From NCBI GenBank assembly GCA_038087875.1, contig CM076000.1, positions 744,001 through 808,000 of the forward strand: 64,000 nt of DNA, given 5' to 3'. The notes beneath the pieces are model-generated. The model ran no database searches. It was not told the DNA's origin and saw only the letters and a list, made by a program, of their open reading frames with translations. Below are positions 37,461 to 48,300 of this stretch, piece by piece. This DNA is from Malacoraja senta (lineage: Eukaryota). The position numbers were made by a program, and so were the translations under genes. Each line of letters starts with the position of its first letter. Positions within the stretch are counted from its first letter, which is position 1.

Positions 37461-37703
37461 AGTCTGAAGAAGGTACACCAAAATGCTGGGGAAACTCAGC
37501 GGGTGCAGCAGCATCTATGGAGCGAAGGAGGTAGGCAACGTTTCGGGCAGAAACCCTTCTTCTGACTCCACAGTCTGAAGAAGGGTTTTGGCCCGAAACG
37601 TTGCCTATTTCCTTCGCTCCATATATGCTGCCTCACCCACTGAGTTTCTCCAGCATTTTTATCTACCTTCGATTTTCCAGCATCTGCAGTTCCTTCTTAA
37701 ACA
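37461..37703. mobile_element. Palindromic Penelope pseudo-LTR insertion
   Basis: 37470-37566 is the inverse of 37571-37670; both arms carry the hammerhead-like core. Confidence 0.85.
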
Positions 37704-39059
37704 TACAAACACCGGATCAACTTTTGCAGCACCGCAGCTGCCGAGAATGTTTGTAGCGAGTGTCCTATGACCTGGGCATGTGCAGTCGGAGCTAGCTCTC
37801 TAATACACCATCCAGGTGTAATAATAATAACAAAATGAACCAGGTAACAATTGACAAAAGAAACCAGGTTTAATTCACTCCATAAAGAGATATTTTATAT
37901 TTTCAAAAATAAACTTTATTCTGATTAAAAATATGTACAAAACCAAAACTGTCCAAAAACTTTTCTTTGATTCTGTATCTATACAATCAATAGTGTCCTA
38001 TTCAGTAGTGTTCAAGTGTATCTTTCAACAAAACACCGTTGCTACTTCAACCCAGTAAGTGTAAAGGGAACACAGGCAAGCGTTTTACTGTACCTCAGCA
38101 CGTGACATTAATAAACAGGGGAGAGTTATGGAAACTTGGTTAATGACAACTAATCTGTTTGGAAATTATGCAAATAAAAGGGGGGACACTTTGTCACTTT
38201 CCTCAATCTGCACAGTCTGCGTGAGGCAGACACACTGCAATGTAGTTGACAAAGGTCTAAAAGGTCTTGAATATTGTCTTGGTTTCTATTTCCACAGATG
38301 CTGTCTGATCTATAGTCAATGCTTCCAGCATTTTCTGTTTTTATTATGGTTGACTGTTGGACTGCCCCTGACAGTCTAGCAAGGGGATAATCGGTAGATG
38401 CAGTCGCATCCAACAACCAATGAAAAAAACAAAATAAATGTAAATATTCCATTATAAGTTACCTTGAGGTGTATTTTACATGACGTGGCAATAAAATGAA
38501 ATTATTGTGTTTCACCAGTGGTGGCCTTACTGATTAAATATCTACATGTGGCAGATACTATTTCCATGTGCCCCATCTGATGTTCCCCCCCTTTTGCACT
38601 TTCCCCTGTCCCCTTCCACCTGTATTCCTTCTCTGGCTTTATGTTTCACACTCTTCTCTCCTTATCTCCATCTCACGCTTTTAATCTTTTCATCTCTGGC
38701 CTTTGTCCAACCATCTCAAAATCAAACTGCCTGTCCTCCCTCACCTGTATCCACCTATCACTTGCCAGGAATTGTCCTGCCCCTTCCTCTCCTCCAGCTT
38801 TCTCTCCCCTCCCTCCACCCATTACAGTCAGAAGAAGGGTCCCAACCTGAAAAGTTGCCTATCCTTGTTCTCCAGAGATGTTACTCCAGTACTACAGTCT
38901 ATTTTTTACCATAACACTGAAATTTGTTTCCTTGTGCCTGAGAGTAACTTTCTAGACATTAAATGGTTTTGCTCGGTAGAGGTGTGCAGAATAAATGAGG
39001 TACAATCATAACTGACTTTCTCAGCCATCTTGGACCTGGTCTTTCCCTTAGATTAGTAT

Positions 39060-39335
39060 AGTTTTAGTTCAGTTTTAGTTTACTTTAGTTTAGTTTAGAG
39101 ATACAGCCCACCGGGTCCACGCCAACCAACGATCACCCAGACACTAGTTCTATTCTACACACTGGAGACAATTTACAGAAGCCAATTAACTTACAAATCT
39201 GCACGTCTTTGGAATGTGGAAGGAAACCGGAGCGCCAGGGAGAACGTACAAACTCCATACAGACAGTCCCCCTGGTCAGGATTGAACCTGGGTGTCCGCC
39301 GCCGTAAAGCCACAACACTACCATTGCGCCACTTT
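39060..39335 (-). mobile_element. HE1/V-SINE
   Basis: (tttag)n tail plus reverse body. Confidence 0.8.
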
Positions 39336-39628
39336 GCAGCCCTCTTCTGCTTATAAACATGCTACAGGGATCTCCAAACAAATTGCAATCCTGTGTAACA
39401 AGCTCATATTGTGGTTGGGAACAAATAAATGGTTGTTAAAAAAAATTCTGTTTGGAAATAGTATTGTAATTTAAAACATCAGACCTAACAGCAAAATGTA
39501 TCAATCACACAATGAGAATATATACAAGTACATTTATTAAAACAAAGGAAGGTCATTACCTAAATTTGCAAATTAGGGCAGCAGCACTATGATAGCACAA
39601 ATTTCAAATAAGTAATAATGATGCACCT

Positions 39629-39850
39629 TGTAGAGCTGCTGCCTCACAGTGCTAGAGACCCGGTTCCTGAGCTCCGGTACTGTCTTTGTGGAATTTGCAC
39701 GTTCACTCCATGACTACGTGGGTTTCCTCTGGGTGCTCAGTTTTCTCCCACATCCAAAAGACATGTGGGTTTGTCAGTTAATTGGCCAAGTGTAAGGCCA
39801 ATTGGCCCTCATGTGCAGTGAGTGGATGTGAACGTGGGATAACATAGAAT
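39629..39850 (+). mobile_element. HE1/V-SINE, truncated
   Basis: gtagagctgctgcctcacagtgctagagacccggttc head and V-domain. Confidence 0.75.
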
Positions 39851-40335
39851 GATGGTGTTGAATGCAGAGCTAAAATCAACAAGCAAAATCCTCGCATAGG
39901 TCCCCTAGCGGTCTAGGTGTTGGAAGATGAAGTGCAGGCCCAGGTTGACTGCGTCATCCACAGATCTATTGACCTGATATGAAAACTGCAGAGGGTCCAG
40001 CAGGGGGTTTGTGATATTTTTCAGCTTGGCCAGCACGAGTCTTTCAAGGGTCTTCATGACTACAGAGGTCAGTGCGACAGGCCTGTAGTCACTAAGACCA
40101 GTAATCCTTGCCTTTTTGGGTGCAAGGACAATAGTGGAGACGTTGAAGCAGGCAGGGACAGTACAGGTTTCCAGGGACTGGTTGAAAATGTCTGTGTAGA
40201 CCGGTGCCAGTTGTTCAGCACAGAGCTTGAGAATAGAGGGGGAAACATTTTTTCCGGTCCTGGAGATTTCCGGTTTTTCTGCCTTCTGAATAGCCTCTCC
40301 ACCTCCTCTATTTTTATTGTTGATGATGGAGAAGT
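39851..40335 (-). mobile_element. Rex1/Babar-type LINE RT fragment
   Basis: KSPGP..LKLCAEQLAPVYTDIFNQSL...DYRPVALTSVVMKTLERL...LDPLQFSY. Confidence 0.88.
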
Positions 40336-40597
40336 GATGTTGTGCAGCAACATGTTCCTTGATAACAATGTTCCTTGATAATTTAATTTTCATGGCTGCT
40401 CTTTGATTTTATGATTATTTGTGTGACTTCTGATCCCCTTGTATTCTCTAAACCAGCTTGTTTTTTGATCTCCAAGATTCCCATTAAACACCTCTTTCCT
40501 CACCCTCAGTGGTTGCATTATGTCCTGATTCATCCGTGGAGCACGACCTTTTATTCCCATTCAGGGGAATATATCTTTGCCTGCACACCTGCCCATT

Positions 40598-40878
40598 AGC
40601 GCAGCGGTAGAGTTGCTGCTCCCTTACAGTGTCAGAGACAAGGGTTCGATCCTGACTACGGGTGCTGTCTACAAAGAGTTTGTACGTTCTCCCCATGACC
40701 ATGTGGGTTTTTTTCCAGGTTCTCCCACATTACAAAGACATAAAGGTTTGTTGCTTAATTGGCTTTTGTAAATTGTCCCTAGTGTGTAGGATAGTGCTAG
40801 TGTGACCAGTTAACTGTTGGTCGGTGCAGACTCGGTGGGCCGAAATGCCTGTTTCCATGCTGTATCTTTAAAATTAAA
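40598..40878 (+). mobile_element. HE1/V-SINE
   Basis: gcgcagcggtagagttgctg...ggttcgatcc...gcctgtttccatgctgtatc. Confidence 0.85.
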
Positions 40879-41044
40879 TAGTTGTTTCCCATTTTCTCTT
40901 CCCTCGCAGGCCCTTAAAGTTAACTCCTCCAAATAAATAATCTGTTTTTTTGTAAGATGTATATCCAACTTTATCATAAGATAATGTGTATGATATTATG
41001 ATCACTATTTCCGAGATGCTGCCCTAATTTTACTCCTCTTATCT

Positions 41045-41285
41045 ATAATAATAATAATAATAATAATAATCATTTTATTTACTGGCGCCTTTCTAAAACC
41101 CAAGGACACCTTACAATGCATAGAATCACAACAAAACAAAAAAAACACATAATCGGAATAAATTAAATAAAAAAACACCACAGTACACAAATCAAGGACA
41201 GAATTCAATTTCAAAAGCACCAAAAGAAAATAAGAAACACAAGTTTGAGGAGAGAGCAGCGGCGACCAATTCGTGCCAGCATCCA
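41045..41285 (-). mobile_element. L2-type LINE 3' end with (TAT)n tail
   Basis: Minus strand reads tgtaaggtgtccttgggttttagaaaggcgcc..aataaaatg(att)n, an L2-like terminus. Confidence 0.6.
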
Positions 41286-41365
41286 ATCTGACCTGTGATA
41301 TTTTGCAACCTTGTAAACAGGTTCACGTGTATCAGGCCTGCTTTGCCAGTGGTGTCAAGGTGGAA

Positions 41366-41677
41366 TAGTGATGCAGCTGGTAGAGCTGCTGCCTCACAGC
41401 GCCAGACCCAGGTTCATTGCTGACCTCGGGTGCTGTCTGCGTGGAGTTTGCATGTTTTGCCTGTGACCATGTGGGTTTCTGGTTGCTCTGGTCTCCTCCT
41501 CTATCCCAAAGATATGTGGGTTTGTAGATTATTTGACCTCTGTAAATTGTCCTAGTATGTAGGGATTGGATGAGAAAGTGTGACAACATAGAATTTGTGT
41601 GAACGGGTGATTGAAGGTCAGCATTGACTCGACGGGCTGGAAGGCCTGTTTCCATGCTGCTTCTCTAAACAACTAAA
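41366..41677 (+). mobile_element. HE1/V-SINE
   Basis: Full-length match to HE1 copies. Confidence 0.82.
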
Positions 41678-41743
41678 TCAGCCTCAGTTTCCAATCCTCA
41701 TGATCATTCCAGCCTGCTGCTGTTATTCCTTGCCACAGCTTGC

Positions 41744-42013
41744 AGTGCCAGAGACCTGGGTTCGATCCCGACTACGGGTGCTGACTGTACGGAGTTTATA
41801 CATTCTCTCCGTGACCACGTGGGTTTTCTCCGAGATCTTTGGTTTCCTCCCACACTTCAAAGACGTACAAATATATAGGTAAATTGGCTTGGTAAATGTA
41901 ACAATTGTCCCTAGTTTGTGTAAGATAGTGTTAATATGCGGGGATCGCTGGTTAGCGCGGACCCGGAGGGCCGAAGTGCCTGTTTCCACGCTGCATTTCT
42001 AAACTAAACTAAA
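41744..42013 (+). mobile_element. HE1/V-SINE
   Basis: B box ggttcgatccc, (ctaaa)n tail. Confidence 0.85.
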
Positions 42014-42294
42014 CATTGCAGTTTCATGAAGGTCAGCAAACCCCATACTCAGGAAGAGAGGCGCAGAGATTTGGTGGCCTTGCATACTGCTTCATGTTGT
42101 GTCTATGCAGTATGCTGCTTACAGAGACCTCACTTGCACCGCCAGCCAGAAGTACCTGGTCAAAATCCTGGAAGGTCTCTATGACCCTTTTGAACAACCA
42201 ATACAGCTTCTGTGGGATGCTGTTCATCACCGACCTGTCCAAGTTCCCTGACCCCCACATGCACTCTCCATTTACCTCTCATTACTTCAGTGAC

Positions 42295-42525
42295 TAACAG
42301 TATCCTACACACACTAGGGACAAGTTAGAACTTACTGAAGCCAATTAACCTACAAACCTGTACGTCTTTGGAATGTGGGAGGAAACCAGAGTACCTGGAG
42401 AAAATCCACGTGGTCACAGGGAGAACATACAAACTCCATACAGACAGCACCCTCGTAGTCAGGATTGAACCCGGGTCTCTGGTGTAATAAGGCAGCAGCT
42501 CTACTGCTGCACCACAGTGCCGGCC
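42295..42525 (-). mobile_element. HE1/V-SINE
   Basis: Reverse match to HE1 copies. Confidence 0.82.
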
Positions 42526-43294
42526 ACACGTATATCATTTCTCACAAACATTGATGTGTGTATTTGCAACATCGGGTGGGTGGAGGAGAGTTGATGAGCA
42601 AACATATTTATTGAATCACAGCGACTTACAAGTGGAAATACTACTGAGTGTTTTCTGTGGGGAAAAAACGAATCAAAATTATCAAAGTTTGCGAGGTTTG
42701 GGAATAATATGTCTCAATTTACACTCACCTAGTGATAATAAACTTTGATAGCAGGAAATTCACAACCCACTGTATAGATGTGTCATATTCTGCATGATGA
42801 AGGCAGAGGCAATAGTTGAGCAAATCTTATGTGTCATGTCCGTACAATTTAAACTTGACTGAGAGGGGAAAGTAAAATTGAATTTATCTCAATGTTATTT
42901 TATTTAGGAAAGTTTAATAACTAAAAATACATTAGTTGCTTCTTTGTCAGTATGTGGTTACAATAGATTGATTCGGGACAATATTATAATAAATATTGAA
43001 TGTCTTTTTGTGAAGAAAACAACTCCTGAGTGGCAAGTTTAATCAGACAGAAACTGATATATGACTTCAATAAACCACACTTGGCAGCTTTAGATTCCCC
43101 TCGGCTGTATGTGGTTCACTACAAAGATAGGGAAGGTGGAAAATAAAGTTCTAAAATTGTTAAATGTGGACTATGACTTTGTGATGTTGTTGAACAGCAA
43201 TCAAAATTAATTATTTGTCAGGCCTTTAGCATTGTGTTAGAGAAGTTATTTGTCATGTCTCAGCATGCCAACGTTGACCAATTCTTATTTCTCT

Positions 43295-43583
43295 TGTTTA
43301 GTTTAGAGGTACTCCGCGGAAACTGGCCCTTCGGCCCACCAAGTCCGCATCGACCAGCGATCCCCGCACATTAACACTATCCTACACACATTAGGGACAA
43401 TTTACACATACACCAAGCCAATTAACCTACATACCTGTACGTCTTTGGAGTGTGGGATGAAACCGAAGATCTTGGAGAAAACCGACGCGGTCACGGGGAG
43501 AACGTACAAACTCTGTACAGACAGCACCCGTAGTCTGAATCAAACGCTGTATGGCAGCAACTCTACTGCTGCACCACCGTGGC
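43295..43583 (-). mobile_element. HE1/V-SINE
   Basis: Reverse match to HE1 copies. Confidence 0.82.
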
Positions 43584-44542
43584 TGCCCTCAAGCCCTTGT
43601 CTCAAGCCTTCATTACATATCATAGCATAGAGAAAATCTGTCGACCAACATATTGCAACAGTGATGGAGCAGAAATTGTAACATCATTGAAAGATGTGGA
43701 ATATTCATCTGCTGTTTGTCAGATTAAAATCCACTCAGTTATTCCATCAAACACAAGGTGTGATGCAGTGGAGAGTAGACCTTGCTCCAATAAACTCTGA
43801 CAAACCCATTTCCACCTCTGAGCTGCCCCTACCCTCCATGATAGTGGGTGTTGTGGATTGTGGCTATCATAGGGGATGTTAGTCATGGTGTCTGTCTATC
43901 TTCTTGATGTTGGTCAGAGTCCAGATTGCCAATGTTCTCAGGGGTAGGGGTGGATGATCAGTGAAAAGACTAGATGTTGGTGGGGCAGTGGTATGGAGGG
44001 ATGGCAGAGGAGCGCAGGATCCAGCTGAGGATATTGATTGGAGCAGTGGAGGGTTTGGTTATGGAGGAGACTGGGGTGTGTGAGGGTGTTTGTTACGAGT
44101 CTGTCGCTGGGGATCTACAGCTTTGGAAATGACCAGACTAGTGAGGGATTTGCTGTGGAATTGATAGGAAGCTGACATAATGATGAGGAGAGGTTAAAGA
44201 AGGTGATTAATAAAGAACAGCCAATAATCAGGGGAATGGGCATGACCACATGGTTGCCTGTGAGATGATTAGCCTTGAGGGCATTGGCAATGAGGGCTGG
44301 GGTGTGGTGGGGTATCAGCTATGAAAACATAAAGAACAACTCCTTGTAAGAAGGTGACCACCCAGATCGTGCCATAGCCCAGGTGGTCTCAGCCATCAGT
44401 ACACTTTCATGTCAGTGACATCAAAACAAACAATGCATTCTGTTCAATATCTATACACACTTCCCCACATCTATATATGTCACACACATGGGGACCTGGA
44501 TCTTATTCCAGGTACAAACAATAAATGAATAAATGAACAGAA

Positions 44543-44838
44543 GGGTATCACGGTGGTGCAGCAGTAGAGTTGCTGCCTTACAGCGCCAGAGACCCGGGTT
44601 CGATCCTAACCACGGGTGCTGTGTGTGCGGAGTTTGTATATTTTCCTCATGACCGCATGGATGCTCCAGTTTCCTCCCACACTCCAAAGACATACAGATT
44701 TGTAGGGTAATTGTCTTTGGTAAAAATAGTAAAATGTCCCTAGCGTGTAGGATAGTGCTAGTGTAACAGTATCGTTGGTCGGTGCGGACTCAGTGGGCTG
44801 AGGGGCCAGTTTCCACACTGTATCTCTAAACTAAACTA
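44543..44838 (+). mobile_element. HE1/V-SINE
   Basis: Full-length, (ctaaa)n tail. Confidence 0.85.
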
Positions 44839-45095
44839 AGATTTTTATGAACATGTTATGAACACTGAACATGTAATGAGCGATAACCCTTTTGAACAGT
44901 GCTGGGTGGGGTCTAATCTTGCACACATTGGATTTCTCAGCATAATGGTCTGGCCACTGAATGCGATGGGCAATCCAATGGCTGCTGACACAACAGCTTT
45001 GTCTTTCTGAATCTGTCCATAATTCCTGCACCCAATGATTGAATCAGCAGTCATAGCGATTAAGATTTGACCCAATATTTTAGAATATTTTGATG

Positions 45096-45247
45096 GGTGG
45101 AAGATTTCAACCTTCACGTTGTCTGCCCTGTTTCGACGAATGCAATCAACCTAGCATGCACAATCAAATAAGATCAAATAGAACAAGTTGTCCTACAACT
45201 TTGGGCTGTGCACGCCATACGCAAGAAGAAGAAGAAGAAGAAGAAGT
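45096..45247 (+). mobile_element. Short 5'-truncated non-LTR retroposon 3' end with (GAA)n tail (RTE-like)
   Basis: (gaa)n tail; 11-bp TSD atattttgatg at 45085-45095 and 45248-45258. Confidence 0.7.
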
Positions 45248-45317
45248 ATATTTTGATGAACTGTTAATTAAACTAAGAATGTTGATCAAATGGGGAGGGG
45301 TCCCCACATCATAAAGG

Positions 45318-48300
45318 AAAATAGTAAGATTAAACGAGAACTTACCAGCTTGAAGTTTGATCTTTATTTTATGAGGAGTTACGGTGAGCGATTATGTGAA
45401 GAATCCCCGCCAGTCCACACGCACATCAATCTTCAAAGCAGTGGTGTGAAATCACAGATAACAGCAGTCGAAGTAACATAGTAAGACTTAGAGAAGACTA
45501 GAACGACCGAGTGATCTTTATAAGAGAGGGCAGGGAGCGGTGGGCACGTAATCGCTCACCGTAACTCCTCATAAAATAAAGATCAAACTTCAAACTGGTA
45601 AGTTCTCATTTAATCTTACTATTTTACTTCGGAGTCACGTGAGTGATTCCTTGAAGATTTCAAAGCTCTGTGATTTCATGCCGTGAGAAACGAGTCTGCA
45701 CAACCACAACTGCTTCATTGACAGATGAGGGAAACATTCATAATGAATAAATAATAGTAACTCCTCTCATTCGGGAGTAAACTAACCACTGAACCTAAAA
45801 TAGCATTGGCAAATACCCCTGGTCTGGCAATAGGTTATTATGAAATGTTCAGAAGTTCGTTCGCCCATCCTGCAGTCGCCAGGATGAGGTCCAGCGGAAC
45901 GTACATAACCTTTGCTGCTGATGTTGTAGCAGCCCTGGTGGAGTGAGACTTGAAAAATATCAGTATCTACTCCTGTATGAGCCAAACCCCGTTTCAACCA
46001 CCTGGAGATGGTCCAAACCAATACCTTTTTATAAAGTTTTTTGTAATTAACAAACATTGCTAGTTCAGAGCCTCTAAGGCTCTTCGTGACCTAGACGTAT
46101 TGTTGTATATGTGTGACCATACACAACCGAAGGTGCATGAGGTATGCCATGAAACTAGTTTGAGACTTCACGTCTGCTCTGCTTAACTAAACATTAAAAT
46201 ATAATTTTATTTGCAGATGTAACCATCCTATCCAGTCACAATATGTAGTGACTGAACCCGTTGCGCTGAGACCAGCGCCATGAGGATAACTACCTTATGA
46301 GAGCCGAGCCAAGCTAAGGATGTAGCTGGAACCCCCTGGTGAAATAGTGTTAATACCACATCAATATCCCATACTGCCCTGTGCTTGTCCTGGGAGAACT
46401 TGTGTGAAAGATATCCTTTATAACTCGGTATCAGAGGGTGAAACCCGACAGAGTGGGTTCCTTTTGCTGCAGCAAATATGATGGGAAGATACGTCGGGCA
46501 CAGTTAATGGTCCTATAACTTAATTTATTGTCAAAGACCCATTTGAAACGAACTCCAAGACGTCAATTATCTGTACCGTATTAGATGTAACTTAAGTATT
46601 TAAACAAACGCTTCCCATCTCCTGAAGAGGAAATATAATGCTTTCCTTACTTGGTGCTATTCCTGTATTTTGCAGCGAGCACATACATGGATCGGTCTGA
46701 CAATCCGAGCCGCAGGAGCGGTCTACTCAGAATCTATAAGTCAATAATTGATTTATCATGCAGAGGCTGGTTTCCCGAGCCACAGGCTAAACCAGCAAGT
46801 TTAATGTTTAGAATAACCGTAAAAGGTTGTATTATTATTCCCGACAAAGCGGGAAGCATAGCTGCATAGACCAGTCAGACAGAACGACCGCCTAGAGCGG
46901 GATCTTGCTGACTTTATTACAAGACCCGACTAATGAGGCAAAATGAAGGGAGACAAACATAACTTCTTTCTCCTAGTAGCAAGAGTGTATTTTTTGCCAC
47001 TGTTATGCCACATATTTTTGCAACCGGTAAATGAGCCTGGAAACAAAGATATCAATTCGGTATTCCATTGAGCCAAAATTTCATTAAATGCTTTGTGATC
47101 CAACACCCATTTTGTGTTGTCATTGATTATACATGATGATATTCCAACGTAAATTGAGACTAGGTAAATTATTACAGGATATTCTGTCTTGATCGCACCC
47201 ATGTGACTAATATACGCCACCACCATATTGTATCAACTTAACGTTGAGCATGCAGATTATGCATATTCACTCAATAACCCTTTAACCGATAGAATGCACC
47301 TAGTGTGTATAGGTAGTTCATCCCAATAAATGAATAATTGTTAATTGATGCAAATCACCTCCGCCTCTGAACCAGATGGCATTCATAATTTTCCACCTTA
47401 GAGCCCCATCAGTTTATAATATAAGCGAATTTTCACTGACCAGATTACTGGAGTAATGCTGAATACTGTTTGTCTACCATAATGACCTTGGTAGCTTCAG
47501 TTGGTAATAGCATAATGTCTGTCACAAGACCTACATGGCATTTGAGAGATTACTACTTTGCAGGATGTAAGTTCCCCACTTGCACAACTGAATTACAGCC
47601 AATTATACTTAATGAAGAGAAGGCTGTTTCATCACAACAAGATTGTTCGAGGCTCCTATTAATTCCAATCTCTTACCCCAGGGCAGAGTCACAGGCTAAT
47701 TAATAGTTAAAAGATAAATCCCAATGATGAATAAATCTAGTTGGTATCACCTGTATTTACTTAACCATAGTTTGAGGCTGAAACAGTTGATTTTAACAAC
47801 CTACAGCGTTAGACTATCCTCAGACAAGACATAACAAATGTTTTTGAGCTCTGAGCAGTCCAAGCATTGGTTTAAGTAATCTGGTAAATAACCTGGGAAC
47901 TGAAGTTAACCCATTTTGCAATGTTATCTTTGCCTTATCCAGATAAATTTCAAAATGTCTCCGGTGATCTCTGTAAATGGGAGCATCCTAAGGAAATCAA
48001 ATGCAAAGTTTCCTTTTTTGGGAAAATATATACTGCACATGCGAGTTAAACGACATTCTGCATCTTTTCCACAATGAACAGGCCACGCCTGTGAATTCCA
48101 TACCTGCTCGAGCAACAACTCTGGCGCTTTTTCCGAGCCAGTCCCAAAAGCCATTCCTGGCCATAATACTGAGCCTGCCTCGAAAGACAACTCTGGACAT
48201 AATTCTGAGCTTGCCTGTAAAGACAAATCTGGCCCAATTCTGTGCTTGGAACCTTAGTATTGCAGTTTTACATGGTTAGATGCCAACCATTTGTGGGTTG

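Noticed and set aside
35910..37514. Long ORFs (454, 221, 199, 185 aa) over the CpG island
   Set aside because: They arise from stop-poor C-rich and 42-bp tandem repeats open in most frames; no protein family signal.
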